Assembly: GCA_050084985.1 (NCBI GenBank)
Contig: JBITNC010000001.1
Location: 202,740,001-202,804,000 of the forward strand
Origin: Nageia nagi
Taxonomy: Eukaryota; Plantae; Pinophyta
DNA length: 64,000 nt
Direction: 5' to 3'
Part shown: positions 8,764 through 20,179 of the stretch, piece after piece
How the letters are laid out: the number at the start of each line of letters is the position of its first letter
Position numbering within the stretch: position 1 is the first letter of the stretch
Made by a program: the position numbers and the translations under genes
Notes under the pieces: model-generated
What the model was told of the DNA's origin: nothing
Seen by the model: the letters and a program-made list of their open reading frames with translations, nothing else
Database searches by the model: none

Positions 8764-10439
8764 TGATGAGCAGTTTATTGCATCCCAAATTCCACTAGGG
8801 CTGTCACTACCCTCCCTCTAGTGATCCTTTCACCTGTTATTGTGAAGGGACCAGTTAACTCATGGAGCTGGTACACTCAACACTCAGGATAATTTTAGTT
8901 TCCTCTCACTAGTCTTTGGAAGACAACATCTCACTCCTTCATTTATGTTATCAATCCGGGCGGTGTACAAGGCTATATGCGATTGAACCCTGCTCTTTAG
9001 GTTGTATCTATCTCAAACAGAATTGCAGAAAGCAAATATGCAGAATTGAACGTTGCAGAGTGGAAATTACGGAAATCTTAAATACTGGAAGAGAGAGAAA
9101 CTGGAAAATACTGAACTTAAAGCAAATTCACACTTTACACTACAAAATACAGAGAGATAAAAGAGTCTTCTACCATTTGGAGTGGGCCCTTGCTCCTCTT
9201 GGTGGAAGACTTAAAGAAACTCAGAACTGAAAACTCCTTAACAGATCACTTTATTGCTGCATGCAGTTCATCTTACACAGAATGTGCTTCACAAATCCAG
9301 AGCTTCAACACAACAATCTATTCACACAATACTCTCTCTTAATTTTCTAACCCCCCCTACTGTCAACAACTGAGGTATTTAACATCCTCCATTGTTTAAC
9401 AATAGGCTTGGTCAAAAATAACAATAATCTGAACAATATTCAGAATCCCTTATTCCTAGGATCAAAACTAACTTAGTGCTAAAATCATCATACTAATAAA
9501 TGTATGCTCTTATTTAAGGAGAGCTACAATCCCTTGAGAAAAGGACAGCTCATCCAAATGAGATGGCACTATCCTAGCTAGACATAAATAGCCTGACACA
9601 TATTTTCTGGAGTCAAACATACTCCACAAAACAAGAATTGACTCTGAGAATATTAGTGTGTTTGAAATCATGCTTCAGGCTAAATCTGGAGCAGTTCGAT
9701 TTGCACAAATGTAGGAATTCTGCCAAGTGGACGTAGAGCTGCTGATAAGGTCAACTGAAATAGTCAACCTTCCGAACTTCAAGTCTGGAATGGGTGCTTC
9801 AGATGAGTCTGGAGCGGCAGCTCCAGACATGTCTAGAACAGATACCTCAAATTTGTCTGAATATGAGCCTTAGCCATGTAAAATGAACTTTGAATGTGTC
9901 TGGAGCGAAACTCCAGACAAGGCCAAGAACAAGGTTTGGAGCTTCAAACAAGTCTGGAACAAAGGCGCCAGACAGGTCTAACCCCACATTGCCAAGTATA
10001 ATACCAGATGTGTCTGGAGCGAAGCTCCAGACAACTCAGAAGTCATTTGGAAGCCTTCCTGACAATGCTAGCCATGTACAAGTCTGGAACAACAGCGCCA
10101 GACAAGTCTATCTCCTTATTGCCAAGTATGATACCAAATGTGTCTGGAGCGAAGCTCCAGACAACTCAAAAGTCATTTGAAAGCCTTCCTGACAATGCTT
10201 GTGAACCAGCCATGTTACCACTCAGCACTCCAACAAGTAGAATGAAGCATTTTGACTTAAAATAGACACACAAATATCATCAGTACACACAAAATATCAA
10301 CAAAAGGAAAGTATGCATTTCATCATAAATTAAGCAAATAAGTAGTTTAGCAGTTAGAATTCATCAGTTGTATAGTGTCCAAATATACAGAATAGATCAT
10401 AAAACCAGGTCAAAAGCAGGTGGTTTTTGAGACTCATCA
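8764..10439 (-). repeat. 5' LTR (1676 bp) of the Athila-like element
   Basis: Perfect 7-bp terminal inverted repeat TGATGAG (8764) / CTCATCA (ends 10439); adjacent to PBS; unrelated decayed gag sequence begins at 10440. Confidence 0.85.
9950..10203. repeat. Two tandem ~130-bp units with internal palindromes in the LTR
   Basis: TGTCTGGAGCGAAGCTCCAGACAACTCA at 10011 and 10141; flanking sequence also duplicated. Confidence 0.9.
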
Positions 10440-10776
10440 AGAGGCACAACTTAAGTCCAAGAAGGTAGTTGAGGAGAAAGCAAAATCGAGTACATTAACC
10501 TATAGCATCATTGAAGACCTGAAGAAAATAAGGTCAAACATAACGTTATATAATGTTTTATGCAAATGTAAGATCAGCAAGAGTTAGTGTACCAAGATCT
10601 CAGGAAGAAGAAGCAGAAGTGGATAGCTAGACCAATGGAAACACATAGTATCAATACAAAAGACGAGAGGAAGGTCATAAGTACCCCCATTTTTGCTAAC
10701 ATTCAGAATAGCAGGCAAAAACTTGCATAACTGCCTAGTAGATTCTGGGGCTATGGGGAACATCATGCCTCTGAAA

Positions 10777-11351
10777 TGTAATGTCCCAAAAATAAATATT
10801 TTTGTAAATGTCTCTTACACTTAATTATAAAAGTGAAAAAAGGGGTTCATGTAACTAGGAGACATAACTTGAGTTGTGTTTATTTATGTTTTATGTTTTT
10901 ATGTTGTAATAGGGAACTTTAATTGATTTTAGGGTTGGGAGATGTCAACTCCAAATTAGAAACTCATTGCCCTAAAATATCAAAAATAAAAAAAGAGGCA
11001 TTTGTGAGTGGTTCGTGGCATTTTTGGGAGCATTTGTGACATGTGTTTCAGACCTGTTGGCAACCCCAAACCGTATGCTTGTATTTGTGGTCAATTTTGG
11101 GGAGTTTTTGCATCAGGGTCAGTTCGTCCCACTTGTGGGAGTTTGTATCTGCATTTTGAGTTCCTTGGGGACTCCATTTGTCCATTCCAGCTGTTGTATT
11201 GGTTTGGCAATATTCAATATATGATACTGGCTGATTTCTTCTCATACTTGTCTTATTTTATGAGCAATTTCTAAATTGTTTTATTGCTGCAATTTATCTC
11301 TACATTTTTATGTTGAGGGTTTGCTAGAAAGAAAAAAAAAGGAACATCACA
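10777..11351. mobile_element. Solo LTR (575 bp) inserted in the protease remnant
   Basis: TGTAATGTCCC...GGAACATCACA imperfect inverted termini; perfect 5-bp TSD TGAAA (10772-10776 and 11352-11356); protease reading resumes after it. Confidence 0.85.
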
Positions 11352-12724
11352 TGAAATATGGAAACAATTGGGATTACCAATAACGAAGAGCCCAACAAGA
11401 GTCACACAATTGGATTAGTCAGAGGTAAAAGTAATTGGAATGTTGAATGGGGTTCACATACAAATTGCATCAGAACCATGCATCGTCCAAAACGTCGACA
11501 TCCAAATAGTTGATATCCTAGTTTCATATGGGATAGTATTAAGTAGAGAATGGTCGAAGGACCTAAATGGTTACATTGCTACAGATTGGTCTCACTTATG
11601 ATTACCATGGAGAGGAGTCGCCAACTAGATAAGGATCAACAGTAAACCAAGACTCAAAGAGATGATCACAGACTATAAAAATTTCAATAAGACTCTGTTT
11701 ACTGAAGTTGAAATGGGCGTTCTTTCTCCCCAAATCAAGGATGCACCGAATGAATTTCAGCATCCTGATATAGAATTTGTGAAGGCTAAAATCAAGGCCA
11801 ATCCTCCAAAAGCAATATCCAATAGTCACCATCTCGCAAGTATTGCAAAAAAGAAACAATGGACGATCAAGGTTACTAATCAAGCATCCAAATGCTTAGT
11901 GGGTAAGGTTTCACCATCACCAATTGATGGTGGGCATTCTGAACACTGCTTTCCACCTTGAACAAAATTGCGGTACTGTAAATAATGTAAATAGAATAGA
12001 TTAACTTTGTTTGCTTTAGTCTTTCAAATTGCGGATATAATTAGCTTAGGGATCTTAATGCGATCATCAGGATACTCGAGCATTCAAGCTCATCAACTAA
12101 CATTGGTTCACAACCAATCAGTGTAAATCCAAATATAAGCTACCCTCATCAAAGTACACCATGCTCAAGAACTATGTGTTCTGACCCAAAGACTACAGTT
12201 AGAATAGACACTCTGGATGATACTAACGATTATCTAATGAAACAAGAACTAACAATGGTACCTTGCCAATTAGTGCAAATTCAAGAACAAGAGAGTATTT
12301 GGAGTCTTAGATGACAGATAAAGACATATGAACTACAGTGTGATCAACAAGCCTCAAGCTATTGATGAAGCATGAAAAGAGGACTTTAACCTCAAGCTAC
12401 TGTCAAACTATGAGGAGTGAAGAGATAGACGAGGACATTTGGAATGATGTTACAACATCATTTGATCCGTCTAAGTGAAATGAAACCATAGTTATATCTT
12501 CGAAACCTAGACAACAACGTAGATGTCTCAATGGTTATTCGAATAACTAGTGAGAGTTCACTCACTTTAAAGTAAACCGAAAATGCAACCGTTAGTGAAT
12601 GCTGACACTAGCTCATATACCAATGAATGATGCATATCGCTAAGTACCCTTTTATATACTAATTTTGTTTTTTGTTTTTATTTTGCTAATGTTGTGCCCG
12701 CACAACACACCCCAAAATAAAAGA

Positions 12725-15700
12725 TGTTGGGGACCTATTTTTGCAAAGGCAATGAGGCGCATTGCCTTGAGATTGGCTTTTGGCGACGGATAGTTCATTC
12801 TAAAGAGTGCAAACATGATATCAAGGAGCGATTCAAGGAGATCTTGCAACAAAGACCCTAAAGAGTATCAGAGTATCCAGTCACTAGTTTCGAAGCCACA
12901 CAGTCAGGATCTAAGAGATAGCATCAGAGCACAGATTTTTCGATCGAGTGTAGTCAGTGCATGCAGAGTTGAGCTCACAAATGTCGTGGCAAAAAGGTGT
13001 GTTTTTGCAAGATTCAAGCACAAAGGTGCCCAGGTGATGAAGATGAGCGTTTTTGTCAATTTTGAGTCTGGGTGCAATGAATATGGCTAAGATGACAAAA
13101 ATAAGCGTTTTTGTCAATTTTGACCCTGGAAAGGGCAAGTATGATAGAAAATGTGCGTTTTTTTGCCAATTTTGAGCGCAAAAGTGGTCAGCAAGGCAAG
13201 AATGTGCGTTTTTGCACATTTTGGAACCGGAAGGCTCAGAAATGGTCAAAAATTTAAAGTTAAGCCCAAAATGCTGGGAAAGCTCGATTTTGACTGTACA
13301 TGCCAAAAATGATCGATTTTCAGAGTTTGAGCTTAGAAATGCCAAGAATGATCGGAATTGCATAGTTTGAGGCCAAAAATGATGGAAAGTGTGGATTTGG
13401 TCAGGTTCAAGCTCAAGCTCAAAAATGGCAGATATGGGTCCAAAATGCACAAGGTGTGCCCAAGAGCACAATTTGAGGATTTTAGTGAAATCAGAGCCCG
13501 AGTTTTGACACGCAACTCCCAGGAACGGCAAAAAAAAATATGAAAAATTTTCAAGAGACAAATGCAAATGATGTCGAAAGTCAAGTCTAAGAGCGTCATT
13601 GAAGAGATAAGGTTATTTCTAACACAATTAGGACTTGAAATTTTTGATTTTGACCAAGTTTTGAGCCCTCCAAACCTAGGCACAATTTTTCAAGCCAATG
13701 GAAATCCATTGAGGCGTATTTTGGCGCCTAGCTACCAAGGGAAAATGAAATTTGTCTCGAAAATCAAGAGAAATGGTTTGATTGCATGTAAAATCCCGTT
13801 CGAAGGCACTTTAGGTCTACAATTTTTTTATTTTGACCAATGGAAGTGCTCTAAAATCCTAGACGCAAGTTTCCAAGTGATTGGAAATCCATAGACTTGC
13901 ATTTTGGCGCCTAACTTGAAGGAGAAAAATGGATTTTGACCAAAAGACTAAACCAAAGGCATAGATTGATGGAAAAAGGGCTTTCAAGCACATTTAAGTT
14001 TTCAATTTTTCAAATTTGATCAAGTAAAGCTAGGCACATGTTTTCCGCTGTATGGAAATCCAATGGACTGATTTTTGGTGCCTAGCATGAGAGGAAAAGA
14101 TAAATTCTTGATAAAATTCAAGTTTAAGTGCTTGGGGACAAGGAAAAGACCATTCTAAGAACATTTAATACTCAAAATTTTCATTTTTGAGCACTTTTAA
14201 GCACTCTAAAGGCTAGGCACAGGTTTTCAAGGCTATGGAAATCCAAAAAAATGAAAAATGGTGTCTAAGATGAAAAAATTTCATAAATTTTGATCAAAAG
14301 TCAAGTTTACGGACATAAGTGCATAAAAGAGGTCATTTTGAGAAGGTTTAAACTTGCAAATTTTCATTTTTGAGCAAATTTGAAGACCCAAATCCCTAGG
14401 CGTAGGTTTGGTGCTGTTTGAAGGTCCATATGGCTGAAATATAGCGCCTAAGTTGCCAAGAATTGACAAATTTGGTCCAAAAATCAAGTTGGACCCTTTC
14501 ATTGCATCGAAAAAGGCATTTCTAGCACATTTTACACTTGAGATATTATAGGCCATGGAAACCTCTCAAAAAGGAAGGCGCAGATTTTCATGCCATTGCG
14601 AATCCATAGACCTAAAAATTGGCTCCTAACACGGAAGAAGTGAAGATTTTGCTCAAAAATCAAGTTTTTTGACATATTTGAATAGGAAATGCCATTCCAA
14701 GCACATTTAAACCTACAAATTTTTGATTTTGAGCACATATAAGGCACCAAAAAGCTAGGTGCAGATTTTCCAATTTTTCCAAATCCATACAAGTGAAAAC
14801 TAGCGCCTAACTTGAGAAGGAACATCAAATTTTGCTCAAAAATCGAAAATTTTGCCTTCATTGCATGGAAAATGGAATTCTAAGCAACTTTAAACTTTGA
14901 AATTTTTGAATTTGAGCAAGTTAAAGGGCTCAAAAATCTAGGAGGCATTTTTCATTCCTATAGAAATTTCACTTTTTTCTACCAAACGAAATCCATAGAC
15001 TTGAAAATGGAAAAAATTGCCAAAATCTCAAATCCTTCATAAAACCTCCTGAAAAGCTCACAAACTTCTCAAAACTTGTCAAAGACCTTATAATCCCATC
15101 CTCCATCCATCCATAAGCTCAAATCCACTTTTTGAAAAATTTACAAATTTTATCTTTTTCGAAACATAAACCAAAAAATCTACTTTTTCAAAAAATTCTC
15201 TCAAAATCCCTTGAAAATTTGCCACAATGATCACATCACGGGCAAATCCAGATTCAAAGAAGGAAGGAACTCAAAAGACTATCAGAAGGATTCAAAACAA
15301 GGATTTGAAGCTCCAATTTTTGCCAATTTGATGCAAAATCCTTGAAATGCTTGCCAAAGGTCATCAATTTTTGTAAATATTTTATTTTTAACATATTTTA
15401 GTGGGATGAGACTATTTTTCCACTAAAACGATATTGTAATCTCAATTTAGCATTCAAATTAGCATTTTAAAGCTTTTTTAAGAATTAGGGCAACACCTTC
15501 AAATTTTGACCTAAAAGGCCTATAAATAGACCATAGGAGGTCACATTTTGAAGTAAAATGTTGTAGTCCAAGAAATTTCCATTTTTTTTCAAAATTGAAA
15601 ATTTTTGTAATTGAGGAGCAAATTGATGTACTTGTGCAAAACTTTTTTGCAAACATAATACAAATGGTTACCAATTGATTCAAAGTGTGTTTTCATCTAT

Positions 15701-16464
15701 GGAAGTAGTCGATTGATCTTTTAAGGACAATTTTTGTAATTCAAATATTTGTGTGCCTTCTCTTTGAAAACTTTCGAGTTTTAGGAGAATTTGTTGTAAA
15801 CTTCCAAAATGTTTGAATTGTCTTGAATTGTTGCTAATCCATTTACTTGCTCATTAAATGCTTAATATTCTAAATTGACTTTCTCTTAAAGCATCTTCCT
15901 AGATCTTTTGTTCAAAACTCTCCACCTTCACTCACGTTTAGTCCACTTGGTTGCATCGGTCCTGTTCACAGAGTACGGACAATCAGTTTTGCTTCTCGTT
16001 CATCTTTGGAATGATTGGACAACAATAATTCATTTCAAAGACTTGATTGAATTGAACAAGATTTCTAAACCGATCCGAGAGAAAGTTTAGACAATGTTGC
16101 ATTGTGACTACCTCTTTGAAATCTAGCCAGTATTCGACCTCATTCTCACTTTTTCTTTTCTTTATTTTACACTTTTTTTAAAACTTATGGCAACTTTTGA
16201 ACTATTGTAAGATAATACACCTCAGTCCCTACAAAAAATGTGAGTTAACAATTATTACCTCTACTACACCATTCAGTTGATTCCCAAACAAGACCTAAAA
16301 ATTTAAAGCCCGTATTAACGACACGAGCTTTCCGATAGAAACCTTGGGGTATTAGTCCTTACAAGAGGAGTTCAGTAACACGTTCTCACCTACATGCTGC
16401 ATCACTTTCCTGTCTTGATCATATGAGCGATTTCCAAGTAAGAGGAAAGGTTTCCTTCCCAACA
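12725..16464 (+). repeat. Long (~3.7 kb) LTR, probably the 3' LTR of the old gypsy element
   Basis: TGTTGGGGA start, TTCCCAACA end; TATAAATA at 15521-15528; hAT coding sequence begins abruptly at 16465. Confidence 0.7.
13590..15000. repeat. Diverged tandem array, ~8 units of ~182 bp, inside the LTR
   Basis: CTAGG-like anchor at 13676, 13859, 14030, 14213, 14396, 14574, 14755, 14938, each followed by GAAATCCA and GCGCCTA-like motifs. Confidence 0.85.
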
Positions 16465-18650
16465 CAACATTCTCAATGATGATTGGAATGATAGGGTTAG
16501 CAGATATTTGTTGAACTTTTTGGTTTCTTTTTCAAAAAGCCTAGTCTTCCTGAGATCAATGGATGCATCAAGACAGAGAAAAATTGATGATTATTTATTT
16601 GGCCAACTGCGGAAGGTCATTGAGTATGTGGGGGTTGAGAACATTATCTAAGTAAAATTTAAATAATAAATTTTTTATCTAGATTCTATTTCATTTTGGT
16701 TTATTATATTTTGTGTAAGTTATCTTTTTTTAATTCAAATTTTAATAATTAATTCATCTTTATCTAAATTTTATATTTGTGCAACTACAAGTTATCATGA
16801 ATAACATTGTTACATATGTTTCAACAAGGAGGATGATTGAGAAGAAATAACCTACCATTGCTTGGACACTTTGTGCTACACATGTCCTCGATTTAATTCT
16901 TGAAGACATTGGAAAGACTAACTAGGTAATGAATGTCATAGAAAAAGCAAAGAATATCACCAAATTTATCTACAATCATTCTTGGGTCCTCCATTTGATG
17001 AGGATAGACTTCATAAAGGGAAAAGGACCTAATATGTTCAAGTAAATTTTCTATCCTTTCTTAATTTTCATTTCATTTATTTTTAATTTTTTGAATTTTT
17101 TATTAAAATAGATTTTTAAATTTTCCATGCAAAGTAACACAATTTGCAACATCATTTCTTTCATTACAAAGTGTTTATAGCAAACGAATTGCATTGAAGT
17201 AAATGTTTGTGTGCAACAAGTGGATAAAGTCCAAATATGCACCTGAACCAAATGACAAGAATGTCGTTAATATAGTCTGTGATGATTATTATTAAATAGC
17301 AACCTATCAAGTTATTAAGGTATAATTTTATTTCAAATTTTCAACTTTTTTTATTAACAATATTTAATCAATTAAAAATTTTATTAATTTAGTTGCATAA
17401 TTAGTTTTATAGATTACAAAGCCATCAATGAAAGTGCTTCGCCTTATGGACTCAAACAAAGCTTGTATGGGGTAGCTGTATGAGGTGATGGATTAGGCCA
17501 AGGAGGCCATAGAGGTTTACTATGTTTATGATGCAACCAAGTTTCGTTACATTTGGGATATGATAGATCATAGGTGGAATGGTCAGTTGCATAAGCCTCT
17601 ACATGCAACGAGGTTGTACTTGAGCCATTCTTCTATGAAGAAAGATTTGACCTTTCGAATGGGAAGATTAATAAAGATATCCACTATTAATCAAGTAGTC
17701 GCTTACTAGTAACTAGAGTCTAGACTATTAATAAAATTTAAATATTTTGATTTCAATATTTAATAATCAAGTTTGATTTTAAATTTCAATATAATTTTGA
17801 TGGGCATTTACAGATCTTCACATGGCCATTAAACATCTAGTGCCTTATGTGGATACCAGGCACATAATTTTAAACAAAAAGATTTAAGATTACAAGAGAG
17901 CACAAGGCTACTTGTTTGCATCCCCAGAATGTATAGATGCAAGGACATGTCTAGGTCCAAATAACAAAATGCATTTCTAATTTTTTTAAGTGAATTGACA
18001 GATTGTTAAACAAATTAAAAAAGTGAAAATCTTTTTTTCAGATCTATTATAGGAGGATTATGGTGGTAGTACACCAAATCTTCAAAAAATGGCTATCAAA
18101 ATTTTATCCCAACCATGAAGTGTTACTATGTGCGAGTGAAAGTGGAGAACTTTTGAGCATATATATTCAAAGAAATGCACTAGGCTCGCCCAAGAGTGCT
18201 TGAATGATTTAGTTTTTATGCATTACAACCTTTGCCTCCGTCATAGACTGATTGAAGGAAATAGTAGTGAGGCAATAGAGTTTGATGAAATTGATGCAAG
18301 TGAATTGTGATCTTCATGGTTGAGGTATGTGCCAAAAGAGGTTAGAGATTCTGATTTCTATTTTTAATTTAACGATAAGTTGATAACCTGTTGACTATGA
18401 ATATTCAATATATTTTATTTTCTTTTGATGGTCATTTACAATTTTACAGATTCAAAATTTTGATTTCAACTATCAAGATGTTGATAGGTTAGAAGAAGAA
18501 ACAATTGCAATGGCAAAGGAAGAGGAAAGGGCTAGAGAGGAAGGATTAGAGTCACAACCACAAGTAGGAGATCCATTATTTCCCAAGAAGTAGAAGAACC
18601 TGAAGAAGAACCAAGGCTAAAGTAACAAAAGAAAGATTGAGAAAGGGAAA
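16465..18650 (+). pseudogene. Decayed intron-containing hAT transposase (DUF659 region and C-terminal dimerisation domain), 5' part interrupted by LTR
   Basis: LLNFLVS...FLRSMDAS...VIEYVGVENII; AWTLCATHVLDLILEDIGK; KFIYNHSWVL; IDHRWNGQLHKPLHA; PNLQKMAIKILSQP...RTFEHI...LNDLVFMHYNL; AT-rich introns, e.g. 16652-16790 and 17320-17412; many stops. Confidence 0.88.
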
Positions 18651-19899
18651 ACAAAAACAATATGGGCATTAAAATTTAGATAAACATTTCGGTTCAAATT
18701 TTGTTTTGTGAGCTTGGAAATCTTTTATGTGTTTTGGTCCTTGGACATTCGATATGTAATACAAAACTGAAAACTCTATAATTTCCAATGCTACATTATG
18801 TTTTCACTTGTGTAATGTGTTATTTGATATGGAATGTTGTCTTATTTTATATGCAATGTTGAGAGATAACTAAAAATGATTTGTTTCAATGTCAAATTGT
18901 GAAAATTACTTGTTTTTTCTTATTTGCCAATTTTTTCATCGATTCTCAATTAATAAGAATCTTCCAGCCAAAAGATTTCGATCCAATTTCAATTCTTACA
19001 AGTATGGTTAATATAATGTGTTCCTAACCATAGCAAGTTGAATTTAACTAAGATAATTACTCTTCCTTTTAATCATCACAATTAAAGACCAGCAATCAAA
19101 ATGTCAAAATCATCCATTGAAGATGCTAGTTGCAAATGTTCTCATTGTTCTTGTGATTGCAATCTCTTTTACTCGAACCAAATTCAACCAATTATCAAGT
19201 CAAAATTGCTCTCCTAACTTCTTACAAAAGCTTGCCCTTAGGCCTAAAAAACACAGAAAGGACAATTACTTTCTTATATATTAATTGAAAGGTCATTGTT
19301 GTTCTATAGGATGTTCTACATTTCTAAAAGACAAGCAATCCTTCCTAAAAGTTCTTTCCCTATGCGTGACATGATTTCTGGTTGATCTTGCACTTTGTCA
19401 AGTATTAAACTTTATGAATACAAGATAGAGAGGAATCCCAAATCAGATGAGGATTTTCTTACTAAACAACTTAGTAGTATAGGCTCCCAAGTTGTCAAGC
19501 AAAGCGAGCCTCTTCTCACTTCTTAATGTACTTCATCACATCAACCAACGTATAAAACATATTGTTTGCTCAGCTTTTTGAACAATCAACAATGTCTAAA
19601 CTCTAACCCTCCTCATTCTAATGATCCTCCTCATTCTAACAAATTGTGCAGCTAAGTCAAACGTATTAACATTAGTCCAATGTTTTTTACAAATATCTTC
19701 TTGTGTTAGTAAAACTTATCTTCGTGTGATCTATCTTACAAATAAATTCAAAAAAGACATCGTTATATAAAATTGCCGTTGTGCAAAACTATTAGTATTG
19801 TACTAGGCATTTAAAAATATATAGAGTAAACCATCAGGTGGTTCATCCATCTGAAGCTACCATAGATGATTCTCAATCATGTGGTGTTTCCCAAGGTGA

Positions 19900-20170
19900 T
19901 AATCATCAAAAAGAAGAAAGAAAACTTTGAATGAAGCAGGACAACATGCTAATAAGCATCCTCTCAACTATGGACCAATCAAAGTCCCACAAGCTAGGAC
20001 CCCACCTCAACACCATAGAGAACTATGGGAGTGGCTAGGGTGTGAAACAGTTGGACTTTGGATGGTATGTCATGGAAGTAGAGCTAGACACACTATCACT
20101 TAAGGGTGGAAACTTCCACATACCCCCTACGAACCTTAGGTGGGGAAAAGACCTCATCAAGAATTTGGAC
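19900..20170 (-). mobile_element. Possible RTE-like LINE fragment
   Basis: Minus-strand LATPIVLYGVEVG resembles the post-RT LVxPxxLYGxEVWG motif; short and degraded. Confidence 0.35.
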
Positions 20171-20179
20171 CCAAAAATT

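Larger units (their letters stand above)
1..10439 (-). mobile_element. Young Athila-like Ty3/gypsy LTR retrotransposon (5' LTR, gag-PR, RT-RH-INT, extra ORF); 3' part runs off the window
   Basis: Domain order gag-PR-RT-RH-INT; Athila-type RT (DHFPLPFIDQVL...LDGFSGYNQI...YMDDF); protease DLGA; tRNA-Asp PBS; LTR with TGATGAG...CTCATCA termini; no chromodomain. Confidence 0.93.
10440..16464 (+). mobile_element. Old gypsy-type (Tat/Ogre-like) element: gag end and protease remnant, non-coding spacer, long 3' LTR
   Basis: YSIIEDLKKIRSNITL; VPPFLLTFRIAGKNLHNCLVDSGAMGNIMP...YGIVLSREWSKDLNGYIATDWSHL with stops; no RT follows. Confidence 0.7.

Noticed and set aside
9950-10203. Palindromic repeats resembling a CRISPR array
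   Set aside because: The intervening sequences are themselves duplicated rather than unique spacers, there are no cas genes, and the context is a eukaryotic LTR
12911-14861. 218-aa and other ORFs within the long LTR
   Set aside because: No recognisable domain; they arise from the repetitive, strand-biased LTR sequence
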